Below the pieces are notes generated by a model. It did no database searches. It saw only the letters and a list, made by a program, of their open reading frames with translations, and had not been told where the DNA came from. 64,000 bases of DNA from assembly GCA_049724395.1 (NCBI GenBank), contig JAUGWO010000045.1, positions 62,001 to 126,000 on the forward strand. Reading direction: 5' to 3'. Positions 12,745 to 25,008 of this stretch are shown in pieces (the stretch's first letter is position 1; the number at the start of each line of letters is the position of its first letter). The DNA is from Spongospora subterranea f. sp. subterranea (taxonomy: Eukaryota). Both the position numbers and the translations under genes were made by a program.

Positions 12745-14792
12745 GATAATCAATGGAGAGAGCACACTCGGCAGTTGGGTAACGATAATCAATGGAGAGA
12801 GCACACTGCAGTTGGGTAACGATAATCAATGGAGAGAGCACACTGCAGTTGGGTAACGACAATCAATGGAGAGAGCACACTGCAGTTGGGTAACGACAAT
12901 CAATGGAGAGAGCACACTGCAGTTGGGTAACGATAATCAATGGAGAGAGCACACTGCAGTTGGGTAACGACAATCAATGGAGAGAGCACACTGCAGTTGG
13001 GTAACGATAATCAATGGAGAGAGCACACTGCAGTTGGGTAACGATAATCAATGGAGAGAGCACACTGCAGTTGGGTAACGACAATCAATGGAGAGAGCAC
13101 ACTGCAGTTGGGTAACGACAATCAATGGAGAGAGCACACTGCAGTTGGGTAACGATAATCAATGGAGAGAGCACACTGCAGTTGGGTAACGATAATCAAT
13201 GGAGAGAGCACACTGCAGTTGGGTAACGATAATCAATGGAGAGAGCACACTGCAGTTGGGTAACGACAATCAATGGAGAGAGCACACTGCAGTTGGGTAA
13301 CGATAATCAATGGAGAGAGCACACTGCAGTTGGGTAACGATCAATCAATGGAGAGAGCACACTGCAGTTGGGTAACGACAATCAATGGAGAGAGCACACT
13401 GCAGTTGGGTAACGATAATCAATGGAGAGAGCACACTGCAGTTGGGTAACGATAATCAATGGAGAGAGCACACTGCAGTTGGGTAACGACAATCAATGGA
13501 GAGAGCACACTGCAGTTGGGTAACGACAATCAATGGAGAGAGCACACTGCAGTTGGGTAACGATAATCAATGGAGAGAGCACACTGCAGTTGGGTAACGA
13601 TAATCAATGGAGAGAGCACACTGCAGTTGGGTAACGATAATCAATGGAGAGAGCACACTGCAGTTGGGTAACGACAATCAATGGAGAGAGCACACTGCAG
13701 TTGGGTAACGACAATCAATGGAGAGAGCACACTGCAGTTGGGTAACGATAATCAATGGAGAGAGCACACTGCAGTTGGGTAACGACAATCAATGGAGAGA
13801 GCACACTGCAGTTGGGTAACGACAATCAATGGAGAGAGCACACTGCAGTTGGGTAACGACAATCAATGGAGAGAGCACACTGCAGTTGGGTAACGATAAT
13901 CAATGGAGAGAGCACACTGCAGTTGGGTAACGACAATCAATGGAGAGAGCACACTGCAGTTGGGTAACGACAATCAATGGAGAGAGCACACTGCAGTTGG
14001 GTAACGATAATCAATGGAGAGAGCACACTGCAGTTGGGTAACGATAATCAATGGAGAGAGCACACTGCAGTTGGGTAACGACAATCAATGGAGAGAGCAC
14101 ACTGCAGTTGGGTAACGATAATCAATGGAGAGAGCACACTGCAGTTGGGTAACGATAATCAATGGAGAGAGCACACTGCAGTTGGGTAACGACAATCAAT
14201 GGAGAGAGCACACGGCAGTTGGGTAACGATAATCAATGGAGAGAGCACACTGCAGTTGGGTAACGATAATCAATGGAGAGAGCACACTGCAGTTGGGTAA
14301 CGACAATCAATGGAGAGAGCACACTGCAGGTGGGTAACGACAATCAATGGAGAGAGCACACTGCAGTTGGGTAACGATAATCAATGGAGAGAGCACACTG
14401 CAGTTGGGTAACGACAATCAATGGAGAGAGCACACTGCAGGTGGGTAACGACAATCAATGGAGAGAGCACACTGCAGTTGGGTAACGATAATCAATGGAG
14501 AGAGCACACTGCAGTTGGGTAACGATAATCAATGGAGAGAGCACACTGCAGTTGGGTAACGACAATCAATGGAGAGAGCACACTGCAGGTGGGTAACGAC
14601 AATCAATGGAGAGAGCACACTGCAGTTGGGTAACGACAATCAATGGAGAGAGCACACTGCAGTTGGGTAACGACAATCAATGGAGAGAGCACACTGCAGT
14701 TGGGTAACGACAATCAATGGAGAGAGCACACTGCAGTTGGGTAACGACAATCAATGGAGAGAGCACACTGCAGTTGGGTAACGACAATCAAT
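12745..14792. repeat. 37-bp tandem repeat (minisatellite), 55 full copies plus a partial copy
   Basis: Unit GAYAATCAATGGAGAGAGCACACTGCAGTTGGGTAAC, head to tail with no spacers. Confidence 0.99.
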
Positions 14793-15248
14793 CTTTCTGT
14801 TACCTACTGTAACTTCAAATACGACTTCCGATTTATTTGATATTGCGATAAATATTGAACATGTCGGTAGATCTCGCCAGCAAATGCAATCACAGTAATA
14901 ATTGGTACGTTTGACAAAGAGGACACACAGAAGATTATGGTGAATTTCAAACCCATACCCTTTGAACCGCTCTCATTGGGGTTTGGGAATATGAACCACT
15001 CTCATTATTACTGATTTCAGACTGGGTAAGACCGGACTGAGCTGGATGACCAGGTCACCAATCAATTTAAAGATAAATCCAACGGGGAAACTACACAACC
15101 CGATTATGGTATCAAATCACAATCTCGGTCCTCTTTTTGTTGAAGGGTAATGCTCTAGAATTGACACAACAGCATCCGATTATTTTAGGAAATATATATA
15201 AATAATGGGAGTATATATTAGATTTACATACAAGCTGTATGGGCGATA

Positions 15249-16010
15249 TCAATTATCGTCAACCAGCCGCTGACGCTTTTTGAAGGGTAAATTTAAGGAC
15301 AGATCAATATTAACGGTCTCGTCTAGAGTTTGCTCAAAAGCATTTCCGTGCCGATTCTGGGATATTATCCGAAATAAGGGGACCATGGCAGTCGGAATTA
15401 GATCAGGATCGGCCGGTTTCCTTTTATACCCGCGATAATGATTGTCAACCATCCGCTTCAGTGTTCGCTTCGTGTCGATATCGCCACAACCGGTGACCTG
15501 GGCCATTCGGCTCCATATTTTTTCACGTAGAGATAGGTCAAGTCCATTGGCAGCGGATAGATATGGCATCAAGCTGTCGCTCATGATGGTGGTTGGCGTG
15601 ATATCCGGCGTGGACAGAATGTTGATGGCCACGATCACCTTGATCTCTTCATAAACTGTTTCGACTCGATCATAACAGGACAACATATCTTGTAAGATTA
15701 GTTTCATTGCAGAAAACAGCATTTTGGCGCTTCTTTGCTGATGATCGGCATCGGTTGCGAAACCAATGTCGGATTTAACCTTGCCGGAAACAGGAACGAC
15801 CTTGGCGTTAGCGGAGGATGGCCGTCGGGATTTATTCAGCAACGGCGGAAGAGGACTGAAATTACTGTGAGTATCAAGGCGAACATCAAGCAGTTCCGAT
15901 AGCTTGTAATCCAAGGAATCGGCGGCAGCCTCCATGCGATCAGTGGCATGTTTTAGCGTCGACAGCGCCGCTGTTAGTTCGGAATGGAACAATGCGGCGC
16001 TGTCATTCAT
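15249..16010 (-). CDS. Hypothetical protein, 253 aa
   Basis: ATG-initiated intact ORF with protein-like composition and a C-terminal KKRQR basic motif. No family recognised. Confidence 0.55.
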   Translation of the reverse strand: MNDSAALFHSELTAALSTLKHATDRMEAAADSLDYKLSELLDVRLDTHSNFSPLPPLLNKSRRPSSANAKVVPVSGKVKSDIGFATDADHQQRSAKMLFSAMKLILQDMLSCYDRVETVYEEIKVIVAINILSTPDITPTTIMSDSLMPYLSAANGLDLSLREKIWSRMAQVTGCGDIDTKRTLKRMVDNHYRGYKRKPADPDLIPTAMVPLFRIISQNRHGNAFEQTLDETVNIDLSLNLPFKKRQRLVDDN

Positions 16011-16279
16011 GGATTAATATTACCTAGTTGATTAGCTGTAGATAATTGGTATTTGGCAATCTGACCAGCATCAGTTCTGGGAAATGAGATAATCACTTTT
16101 GAAACACTAAAAATGTGATCACCTGGACAATCTGTATTTGCATTAAGTCCGGACGCGGCCCGCTGTAGTAAACCAGGTAGACTGATCGGTCACAATCACA
16201 GGCTGACATGGTTGGTTGCTGGTCTGAATGAAAGTCAACCGGATTGAAATCACTCTCGTGTGTGACGCAATGCATCAGG

Positions 16280-16453
16280 TGTTACAGTACAAAGAGTATC
16301 ATGTTCAATAGGGGCTCTGGTAGATAGTGGAGAAACGGGGAAAGTTGACAGGAGACGAGAAGATTGCACAATGGAATATAGCAAGCAGGGATAGATTTAA
16401 TTGTGGTCATTGTATGGCATTGATAAACAGACAATCTTTTCACAACTGTAATA
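16280..16453. repeat. Possible solo-LTR-like fragment
   Basis: Starts TGTTACAGT and ends ACTGTAATA (near-perfect inverted termini) beside the Copia relic. No TSD seen. Confidence 0.3.
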
Positions 16454-16589
16454 AGCGTTATTCAACTGTGGGTAGAGGCGCAGATACGCGTCTAACTTCA
16501 TGATGATTCAGAAGCTGAATCAGTGGGATTCCCTTTATTAATCCCTCCGAGGTTTTTGAGAAAAGGACTCGGCAACTAATCGCTTATTG

Positions 16590-17775
16590 ACTTATTGACA
16601 GAAAGAAGGAGTTGAGTTTGAACTTAAAAGGCAGCAAGCTCTCGATTTGCAGTCGTCAGCACTGGTTAATGCGATTCGGGTCTGCACAAGGCTCAAAGTT
16701 GAGAATTTTGTTAAGGCTTGCAGCCGCAACTCCTCAAGCATCGAGTTAGACGACCTTATCAGCAGGTTACAGGATTTTTGGAAATGGCCCGAGCCAATCA
16801 CCCCGAAGTTGCTTTGAAGACGTCCCGTATTGCCTGCAATGTTTTGCAAAAAGCCGCACTTTGGTGGGTGGAAAAGATCGATGTTGGAAGAATCACCCCC
16901 ACTTGAAACCAAACTTTAATTTGCCAGCAATCGAAATGTGATTCGAATAAACAAACGGATTCACACAGTCTAAAAAGGTGACGTGCGGCTGGTTGTGGAT
17001 ATGGGAGATACATATCAGAAAGTTTTATCCTTTTGCGGATTGCGCCATGGCGAAAGCCAAGGCTACCCCGTATCCTCTGCAAGCCAAATTCAAAGACTGG
17101 CATTTGAACGAGTGTGTGAGCATGGATGAATTCGGGCCACTGCCTTGTTCCTCACTGAACGGGGAAAACGCAAACCTTCTTCATTGTAAAATCAGGCCTT
17201 GGAAAGCCACGTCCCCACAGTTGGAAGCAGACCGTAATGCAGTTCCACTTCTGAAGGCGAAGTCGGGCATTGCATTTGAAATCCTGGCCCACAGAATTCC
17301 GGCGCTTTGAAGCGTTTTTTCAGAGGAAGCGCCGAACTTCAGACTGTGGACTATAAACATGATGGAGATACAAGGGTTAGGCTCATTGGGTATTCCTATT
17401 CTGATTGGGCGGGCGATCTCGACACACAGCGCTCAACTTCTGGCTACATCTTTAATTTGAAGCAAATAGCACTTCAGGGACCAATTCACACGTGACATTG
17501 TTGGATAAGAACAGGCTGATCCAACTTACGTCTCCAGTACCGACTATTTGGCCGATATTTTTGCAAAGTCGCTGGGCAAGCAGCATTTTTACAGTCTTCG
17601 GCGAAGAATATTCTGTGTCCCGCAACCCTCTTTTTGAACCGGATTGGGTTGAAAGGGGGAGTTAGAGTGATATTCAACCGATCCGGTTTCGATCGTGTCT
17701 GTCCTCTTCCATTTATATATAATTACGTTGTGTTCTCTGTTCTTGCTCTGTCTCCCGTCTTCTCGTGTCCTAATT
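16590..17775 (+). mobile_element. Collapsed Ty1/Copia LTR retrotransposon relic
   Basis: In order: Gag knuckle remnant (FCKKPH / RCWKNHPHLKP), integrase start (DCAMAKAKATPYP...MDEFGPLPCSSLNG), RT/RNase H junction (LIGYSYSDWAGDLDTQRSTSGYIF), RNase H end (YVSSTDYLADIFAKSL), purine tract GAAAGGGGGAG at about 17651 and an LTR-like stretch. Confidence 0.85.
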
Positions 17776-17866
17776 TGGTCAGACCTCAAATGAAAAAAAT
17801 GACTCAAAGAAGAGGCACAATTATAAAGCTTTCCGCTTACCAAACCAACAATGATCCGACATTAAA

Positions 17867-18391
17867 TCAAGTGTTTAATTTCCGTTTCCTGTTTGTTTTC
17901 AAAATTGCGATATCAGCTTTCTTAGGAGTTGTGGCTTCTGTTTTAATTTCTGGAGCAGACGAGTTTGCAGGAGTCTCCTGATCCTGTATAACGGACTCGA
18001 TAGCCTTTTGAACTTTGTCTTGATCGTCGGGTCGTAATTTAGTCGCTCCTGCAAGCTGTGAGACAGTGGTGACCTTCTCCCAGGAAGGATTAGTCGCAGT
18101 AAACCATTCTGGATGTTGTTGCTGCGCCTTGAAAAAGCACGATAGGTGCCATCTGCCACATGTATCCATCTTCCCCGATTTCTTATGCGAAAAGCACTGT
18201 TGACCGCAAACAATATGTCTGATGCGAACCTCCTTCTTCAAAATTTTCTTTCCACATAACCTACAGTTCGCTCGAGAGCTGGTGCTATATTCGACCCCGA
18301 ATATTTGCCCTTTCTTCCTATATTGATCATAAACAGCATGCCGTTGCTCTTTGTCCAGCGAAATCAGGGATGGGAGGCTCTCTAAATCCAT
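17867..18391 (-). CDS. Stand-alone PARP-type zinc finger protein
   Basis: VEYSTSSRANCRLCGKKILKKEVRI...WHLSCF...LAGATKLRPDDQDKV matches zf-PARP. Basic C-terminal tail. Confidence 0.85.
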   Translation of the reverse strand: MDLESLPSLISLDKEQRHAVYDQYRKKGQIFGVEYSTSSRANCRLCGKKILKKEVRIRHIVCGQQCFSHKKSGKMDTCGRWHLSCFFKAQQQHPEWFTATNPSWEKVTTVSQLAGATKLRPDDQDKVQKAIESVIQDQETPANSSAPEIKTEATTPKKADIAILKTNRKRKLNT

Positions 18392-18579
18392 CACTTCAGC
18401 CACCGACGCTCCAACCACAACTTCTCCCTTGATTTGTCACTCTCCCTCACCCGAGACAGATCGTTCTCGTACCTTGTGTTGTTCAGATGAGCTACATAAT
18501 GTGTCCATTAAGTGAAGTCCGCCTGATTTCCTTTTCCTGTAAACTATATACTGTAGTCCGTATTTGTCAAATAGCGATC

Positions 18580-19085
18580 ATGGGCGAGTTCGACCTTGGT
18601 CAGATCCTGCGGAACGTCAAGCAGGCGCAACAGGAACGGGCGCTGGCCTATGCAGCATGGGAACAGGCGTTTACGGCATTGGATTGCAAGCGCCAAGACG
18701 ATGCCGATTTCGCAAAAGCATCGCAGTCGACGCAGCAGATACTGCAAAAATCTAGCATGCATGTGATGCGACAGATATCGATTCTAAATTCGACAAGGGA
18801 ATATAATTCTTGGGCGAAAACGCTTCAAGCTTTACAAAGATGGGAAAAGGCCAAGTTTGAATTGGTTCGTTTTCAAAATAGCATTGATCTGTTATTGTTT
18901 TCTGATAGGACGTTTTTTTTTAGACTGTCAAGAGAGTGTTGACGAGGATAACGATCGCCCAAGGTGGTGGCGACGGGCAATTGCTCGTACAAGAGCTGAA
19001 GATGCGACAAGATCTGGCGGAGGTTATAGAGGAGATCAATTCAATATGCCAAGAGATCGAGTTTGAGTTGCATGATAATATATGA
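18580..19085 (+). CDS. REX1-B (required for excision 1-B) family protein, 2 exons
   Basis: AQQERALAYAAWEQAF...LQALQRWEKAKFEL|TVKR...EVIEEINSICQEI fits the REX1-B/C19orf60 pattern. One short GT-AG intron. Confidence 0.7.
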
Positions 19086-20174
19086 CGGTAGTTCAATGTA
19101 TTTATCGGCCGTTTCAGGTCAATTGGGAAAGTCTGTTGCTTACGAAAACATAACGGTTTCCGTTCACTCCGCGTGCTTTTGTAAACGTATCCAACACCGT
19201 TCTTAATCTCGATTTGGTGTTTAGCAGATCCTAGCATGGTTGCGTAAAATAGCAGCGACATAGGTATCGCTAATGAAGCCAAATCATAGACTCGCTCATA
19301 CATTAACCACATGGTCTCTGGACCGAAATCGTACAATCCAACGTCAAAATCGCGAACCCCAACGACACAGTCGCCGTGGCCCCCTGCGGAATCGCGGCGA
19401 AAACAAGTTATTGACAGATGCCCAGTCTGTGTAGCGTTAGTAGGTAGCTAAACGCCCGTCAGGATTGCATGTTACTGGGTGACGCAGAGTATAGCACCTC
19501 TCATGACGGCGCCATGTCTTTACCGCTGGCACGAGGCGCAGTCAATTGGGGTAACAAAATTTCAGTCAAAAAAAAACTGCGTCAACTGCGCATTTTGTCA
19601 AAAGTTATGTGGTGCGTGGCCACACACTGACAGTTTGGGCGCACAATTTCAAAAATTGTCAGACTGCAGACATTCGGGATCATCACCGTGGGTCCATACT
19701 TGCCTTTTAATAGACGGTTTACAGAGCGTCGCTGGCGCGATGTTGCCCTGGCCACTGCAGAAACCTGTGAACACGTCGCAGGAGCTCAGATGCTTTTGCA
19801 CTTGGCCATTGACTACTACGGTTGAACGGGGTTGCAATTTGATGATTATTGTTTTGTGTAACCATTTTTGGCCAAACATCCATAAGGTATATCGGCAAAC
19901 AGGAGTTGTGTTTTAATTTAATCAGAGAGACACGTATACTGTTTCAACAAAAGTCACATGTGTGTTTATCATGAATTTGGTTGCTGTGGCGCTTTTAAAG
20001 TCCTGATAACATGAATCACGTTATAAATCGTCGCCAAAAATGACGACTTTGCGACAACGTACCTGCTGCGAGTATTTCTAGACACACATGGAGTCTGATA
20101 TTCCGCTTCTTTGGAGTCCCTAGGTGTGAAATTTAAGATCGCCATCAAACCCATCGTCAAAGAGTGCGCATGAC

Positions 20175-20723
20175 TTACAGATAATCATCAAACTCAATTT
20201 TGACATTGACCGGTCGACGCCTTTTCTTCACTTGTTTTTGTAGGGATTGTTGACAAGATGTAATCAGACGGCTTACGACGCCGTTATCGAGGCGGAAGCT
20301 GACTTGCTCGCTTGCCTGCTCTCCGTGACGGTAGTCTTTTGATGATGTTGAAATTTGATCAGCACTTTCTTCATACATCAACGATAAATCATGGCGACTT
20401 GCTCTCACAGGGGAGGCGGCGAAAAAGTAATCCTCCTCAGACGTCGCCATTGGAATTTGCTTGAAAACCGACCTTGATCTGATTGGGGTTAGAGGCGGAA
20501 TCAAAGACTCATTGCAATGTGAGCCGCAAACTGGTGAAGATGTCAAAAGTATGGTCGCGGGCGACAGCGACAGTTTCTGCGTTGAGCGGCTGGCCGGTGT
20601 CTGAACCAGGGTGGCACAGCAGTTATTTTCGTGTATTGGTATGGCATGATATGGAGGCAATACGGCCATGTGATCCTCATATATATAGTACGGCATGGAG
20701 TGGTAACGATGAACCCAGTGCAC
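20175..20723 (-). CDS. Hypothetical Ser/Pro-rich protein (start uncertain)
   Basis: 182-codon ORF with a KKRRRP motif. No family recognised. Confidence 0.4.
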   Translation of the reverse strand: MHWVHRYHSMPYYIYEDHMAVLPPYHAIPIHENNCCATLVQTPASRSTQKLSLSPATILLTSSPVCGSHCNESLIPPLTPIRSRSVFKQIPMATSEEDYFFAASPVRASRHDLSLMYEESADQISTSSKDYRHGEQASEQVSFRLDNGVVSRLITSCQQSLQKQVKKRRRPVNVKIEFDDYL

Positions 20724-21109
20724 ACGTGATCGGCACGATGAACGATGCCGACGCGCCTGTTATAGAGCGCGAGTTATTATCGAGGGGGGTTCCCACGTGA
20801 TCTTGGTTTGGAAGGAAGACTGGTATCGTTAACTGCCCCTAATTATGTACCCAGACAAGAAACACCGCGCACCCATCAGGTTGATCCCTCCCCTGGCCAA
20901 GGGCGCGTCGGCTCTGACCCTTCATGGATACCTTGGCGCAGCCAGACCTTTTGCACCAATTCCAGTCCAGTGTCATCGGCAGCAATTGCCTACCAGTGTC
21001 ATTGATACGCCAAGACGAAACTGTAGTAGATTCCCGATATTTTTTTTAAAGGGAATACACCACTCTCAGTTCCGCCTGTTTTGAAATTCTGAATCTTTTC
21101 TAATGGTTT

Positions 21110-23851
21110 TTATGTTAGTTGAATATCCTCGATGTCGTCATCCGAATCCCATGCGTTCCCAGTCGGGATTACGAACGCAGAAATCTGTCTGGCATTCGCG
21201 CCTGAGGAAGCCCTTCTCTGAACATCGGCTCCGTTGAACAGATTCTTGTCTACATGCGCAGTGGAATCTGTCGGCATCGACCGTCTCCGGCTGATCACAA
21301 TGTCATTCGGCGACTCGGGTCGTGCAGCGAATGCTTCGACTTCAGTTTGAAATTCATCGTCAAGATTTTTTGCTATTGTGGTGTGCTGGTTGTCTATCCT
21401 GATACTTTGTTGTTGTTGTTGCTTCCTTAAAACAACTTTGGCAGCTTCGTTTGCAAACGATTTTTGTAGTTCGACCTTGGCTGTAATGGTGACGATATCG
21501 TTCACCTCTGCTGTACTAATCTCAGTCTCAGCTGAGCTCCTTGAGAATCTCGGCTCATCCTCGAATCTGGGAGAGTTTGTCACCGATTCAATGTGAATAT
21601 TGAGGGGCGGTAAAGATTGCGCTTGCTCTCGCGCTGGAAGTGCTGAGATCTGGTCGGAGTCAACCGGGTTTGATCCAGAGTTTGGGCCTGAGCGCGAATG
21701 AGTTGACTGCACTGGGTCGAAGTGCTTCATCAGCTCTTCAAGTCGCACAAGTATCGGTGTTCTGTCATATTTAGAATCAGCGATAAAAGTTTCCATGATT
21801 TGATGGTCTTGTTCGGTGCACGATTCAACAATATCTTGCAGTTTTTTCATTTCGGTTTGCAAATATTGTGGAGAATGCTTGATGCGGCTGAGCACATAAC
21901 TAAATGGTTGTTCATCGAACACAACATGCCATTCCTTGTCGCGTGATTCTGTCGGAGGTAGATGCGCATTGATGGTTGAATTCTCTTTCACCTCATTCGT
22001 CGTTATGGCTCTGGGGAGCTGGTCTGGAGATGCGTCTGAGTTGACAACTTGGTTGATGGCCGCCTCGATAGACGGGGTTGTTTCCCCATCCCCAACCACA
22101 AGATTTGTTGAAAGTTGAATTAGCTTCGGTGTCTCAATTCCGGGTTGCGAGTGATCTTCCCAGGCGTTCGCAGGAGGGTTGTCTGCCTGTGCTGGCATCG
22201 CATCAACATTCTGGGACTGATTCGCAACAATTGACCCTTTTCGAGAGTCTTCAGCAGTAAATGCTTCATCTGCGATTATCACCGACCCAGGTTCACTTAC
22301 GATGGTTAGTTCATCTTCGGCATCTGCGAGAAATCGAAACGTTGTTGCCGAACTGGCTTCGAGCCTTTCCCCTTCATTCATTGTTGATGAAAATGATTGG
22401 GCGCTCTGGGTTTCCCTTTTTGCAGCATCGTGCCGGTTCGCATCCGTTTCTTCAACCGCATTTTTGATTTTCTGAGATTTCAAGGAAGAAACGCTTGGCG
22501 ATTTGTTGTGTCGCTGTGTCATGATATCAGGCTGATTGCTCGCCTCCTGATGCCGCGCCGGTGACGCAGTTCGATGAATCTCTTCGATCAGTCCTTGCCG
22601 AAGATCGTCGATTGATTGCTTTAACACTTCCTGTATGCCGGCAGGGACCGATTCCATGGCAGGATTCTCGGCATAAATGATTTCGCAGCTCTCTTCATCA
22701 CCATCCACAGACTCCAATGGTCCAACATGCGTTTTCCTCTTGGGCGATTTCATTCGCCGATTATAGGGATCGGTTTCAGGCTCTGAATGAAACTGAGCGA
22801 TGCTCCGATGCACGATCTCTGTCTGCATCATCGATTTCATGTTGTCTAGCTTGCCCTCGAGGAACAGCAACCGTTGTGACATCTCTTGACTGGCGCGAGA
22901 GGCGAGCGCCTTCTCAATTACAGAGTCGATGTTGGGCTGCTGGATAACGACAGGAGGCTGAGGAGGAGCCGGGGCTTGAGTAGCTGATTGCGACGACATT
23001 CCTTTCATCATTTCCTTCATATCGGACGTCCACTGATTCATTACACCGGCGACCTTCTCGTGGACAATCTTCTCGATATCTTCAGCGGTTGCAGGCACCT
23101 TTCCGAGAACTTGCTTACCCCCGGGCGACAGCGTATCAACGTCCGGATGACGACGACCAACATGGCTGCTCAGATGATGTTCCGATATAAATACGGACGC
23201 ACAGTAATTACAAGCCTGTCAACATATGAGAATTGAGGTAAAGATTGCATCTATGCCACAAACATGTTCATTCACGGTCGGGAATCCGTTGGCAACTTCG
23301 GCAGATAGAGAGAGATTTTTTTTCGTAATGGGCCCAACCAGCCTTTCATATGCATGAACAACCTTCTTGGCGTACTTGAATTCTTTACGAATGAGACGCA
23401 ACTCTTCGTCTTTTTGAGAGATACCGCTGTTAACGGACTGTATTTGTTCATTGCACTTTTCAATTTGACGATCCCTTTTTGAGACGTTATACACCAGGTA
23501 CTCTTGCACGTATAACAGATATTCTATAGTTAACTGAGCGATTCGAAACAGCTTTAGGAATGTCGTATCGGTAAAGTACCGCAAATCTAAGGCAAATGTG
23601 TTGGGAATCCGTCTGCCATTGAAAACTCTTCAAGTTTTACCGTCTTCCCCCACGTCAGCGAAAGTGATATGCTCGACATGGTCCTGCAGAGTGTCTACAT
23701 CTACATTGCTGACCAACGACTCGAGATCGACGCGATCAATTTTTCTCCAGTCTAGAGTGCCTCGTCGTCTCTGGAATGCGAACGATGGTGGCTCATGCAA
23801 ATGGTCGCCCGAATGATCGTTTGCAGCTAAGAATGGTAATTCATAAGCCAT
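21110..23851 (-). CDS. DZIP1: DZIP1/Iguana-like ciliary basal body protein, 3 exons
   Basis: Dzip-like N-terminus FAFQRRRGTLDWRKIDRVDLE...DTLQDHVEHITFAD...FLKLFRIAQLTIEYLLYVQ, then coiled coil, C2H2 finger CNYCASVFISEHHLSSHVGRRH (about 23150-23212) and a long disordered tail. Confidence 0.85.
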
Positions 23852-24114
23852 GCCGCTCTTAGCGACGAGTCGTACGTCCTGGACTCACGATGACGCCATA
23901 CAGCACTGCCGTCCAGCGCTGCGGTTTGTAATGTTGACACTCTCGTCGGGTCATTAACGTTAAGACGTACAGTCTGTGTAACATTAGGCATACAGTCACT
24001 TGATTTTGATTTCACTGTGTGTCGATATCATCATTACGGGACGTCCATGGTGTGAAAACAAGGAACGGTGTGTTAATTGATGAATGTATTCTCGTTTCCA
24101 AACAATCACGTGCA

Positions 24115-25008
24115 TCATTCTCCAATGCGCTTGCGACTGAATCCGCCGATTTTGATGCCGTTCAGAAGGCTGATCACCTTCTGTTTCCCGTCGCCAAGGG
24201 CATATGCTTGCTCGATCAGGACCTGCTCAGCCTTCCACTTGTCCAATTTGCCCTGGATTATACCGTCGAGCACTTTCTGCGGTTTCCCGAGATGCTTGAG
24301 TTGGTCGGCTAATATAGCTCTTTCAGCGGCTATTAACTGTTCGGGAATATCACTGAGGTTGGCATAGGATGGGTTGGCGACAGCAATATGCATCGCAATA
24401 TTTTGCATGATATTTCGCCCATCAGCTATATTTTCAACATTATCGGCAGTTACCATTACTCCGATCTGTCCCAAACTGCTATTTAACGCCGCCTTATTAT
24501 GAACGTATGTCGAAAGAGTCTGGCCTGAGCGTCGGTAAAGACCGGTGATACTTTTCAGAACGATGTTTTCTCTGACGGCAAGGAGTGTATCGCTGAACTG
24601 ATCCTTGGCACGTTCTTGAACCTTGTTTACATCAGGGTCAACCCACGAGTCTGTTTTTTCGCATTCTTCCAAAGCGATTCTCGATAGCGTATCCGCCAAC
24701 GATAAAAATAATCCGTTCTTGGCAACAAAATCGGTTTCTGTTTGAAGTTCGACGAGTACTGCTCCGGTATTGTTTTGAGCTAGGGCAATCACCCCTTGGG
24801 TTGTCTGTCGGCCAGCCGCCTTGTGTGCATTAGCGAGCCCCATTGTGCGAAGATGCCTATGCGCCCCGTCAAGGTCCAGCGCCGACGCCATCAGCGCGTT
24901 TTTACAGTCAACGATTGGAGCCCCGGTTTTCGTTCTCAGTAATTTGACGAGCTCGATTGGGACAGCTGAATTACTGGAGAAGCATCGGGCTATGGCGCGC
25001 CATGTCAT
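24115..25008 (-). CDS. TSFM: Mitochondrial translation elongation factor Ts
   Basis: Presequence-like MTWRAIARCFSS, then LVKLLRTKTGAPIVDCKNAL, ELQTETDFVAKN, YVHN and IAMHIAVANP. Confidence 0.95.
   Translation of the reverse strand: MTWRAIARCFSSNSAVPIELVKLLRTKTGAPIVDCKNALMASALDLDGAHRHLRTMGLANAHKAAGRQTTQGVIALAQNNTGAVLVELQTETDFVAKNGLFLSLADTLSRIALEECEKTDSWVDPDVNKVQERAKDQFSDTLLAVRENIVLKSITGLYRRSGQTLSTYVHNKAALNSSLGQIGVMVTADNVENIADGRNIMQNIAMHIAVANPSYANLSDIPEQLIAAERAILADQLKHLGKPQKVLDGIIQGKLDKWKAEQVLIEQAYALGDGKQKVISLLNGIKIGGFSRKRIGE

Noticed and set aside
12745..14792. CRISPR array (37-bp repeat with an internal palindrome)
   Set aside because: Units abut with no unique spacers, no cas genes are present and the context is eukaryotic.
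12745..14792. Telomeric repeat or repetitive coding region
   Set aside because: The unit is far longer than telomeric units and internal. 37 is not a multiple of 3 and the ORF track shows no ORF there.
18920..19500. Small minus-strand membrane protein overlapping the REX1-B 3' end
   Set aside because: No consistent start or splice model and no family recognised. It could still be a gene.
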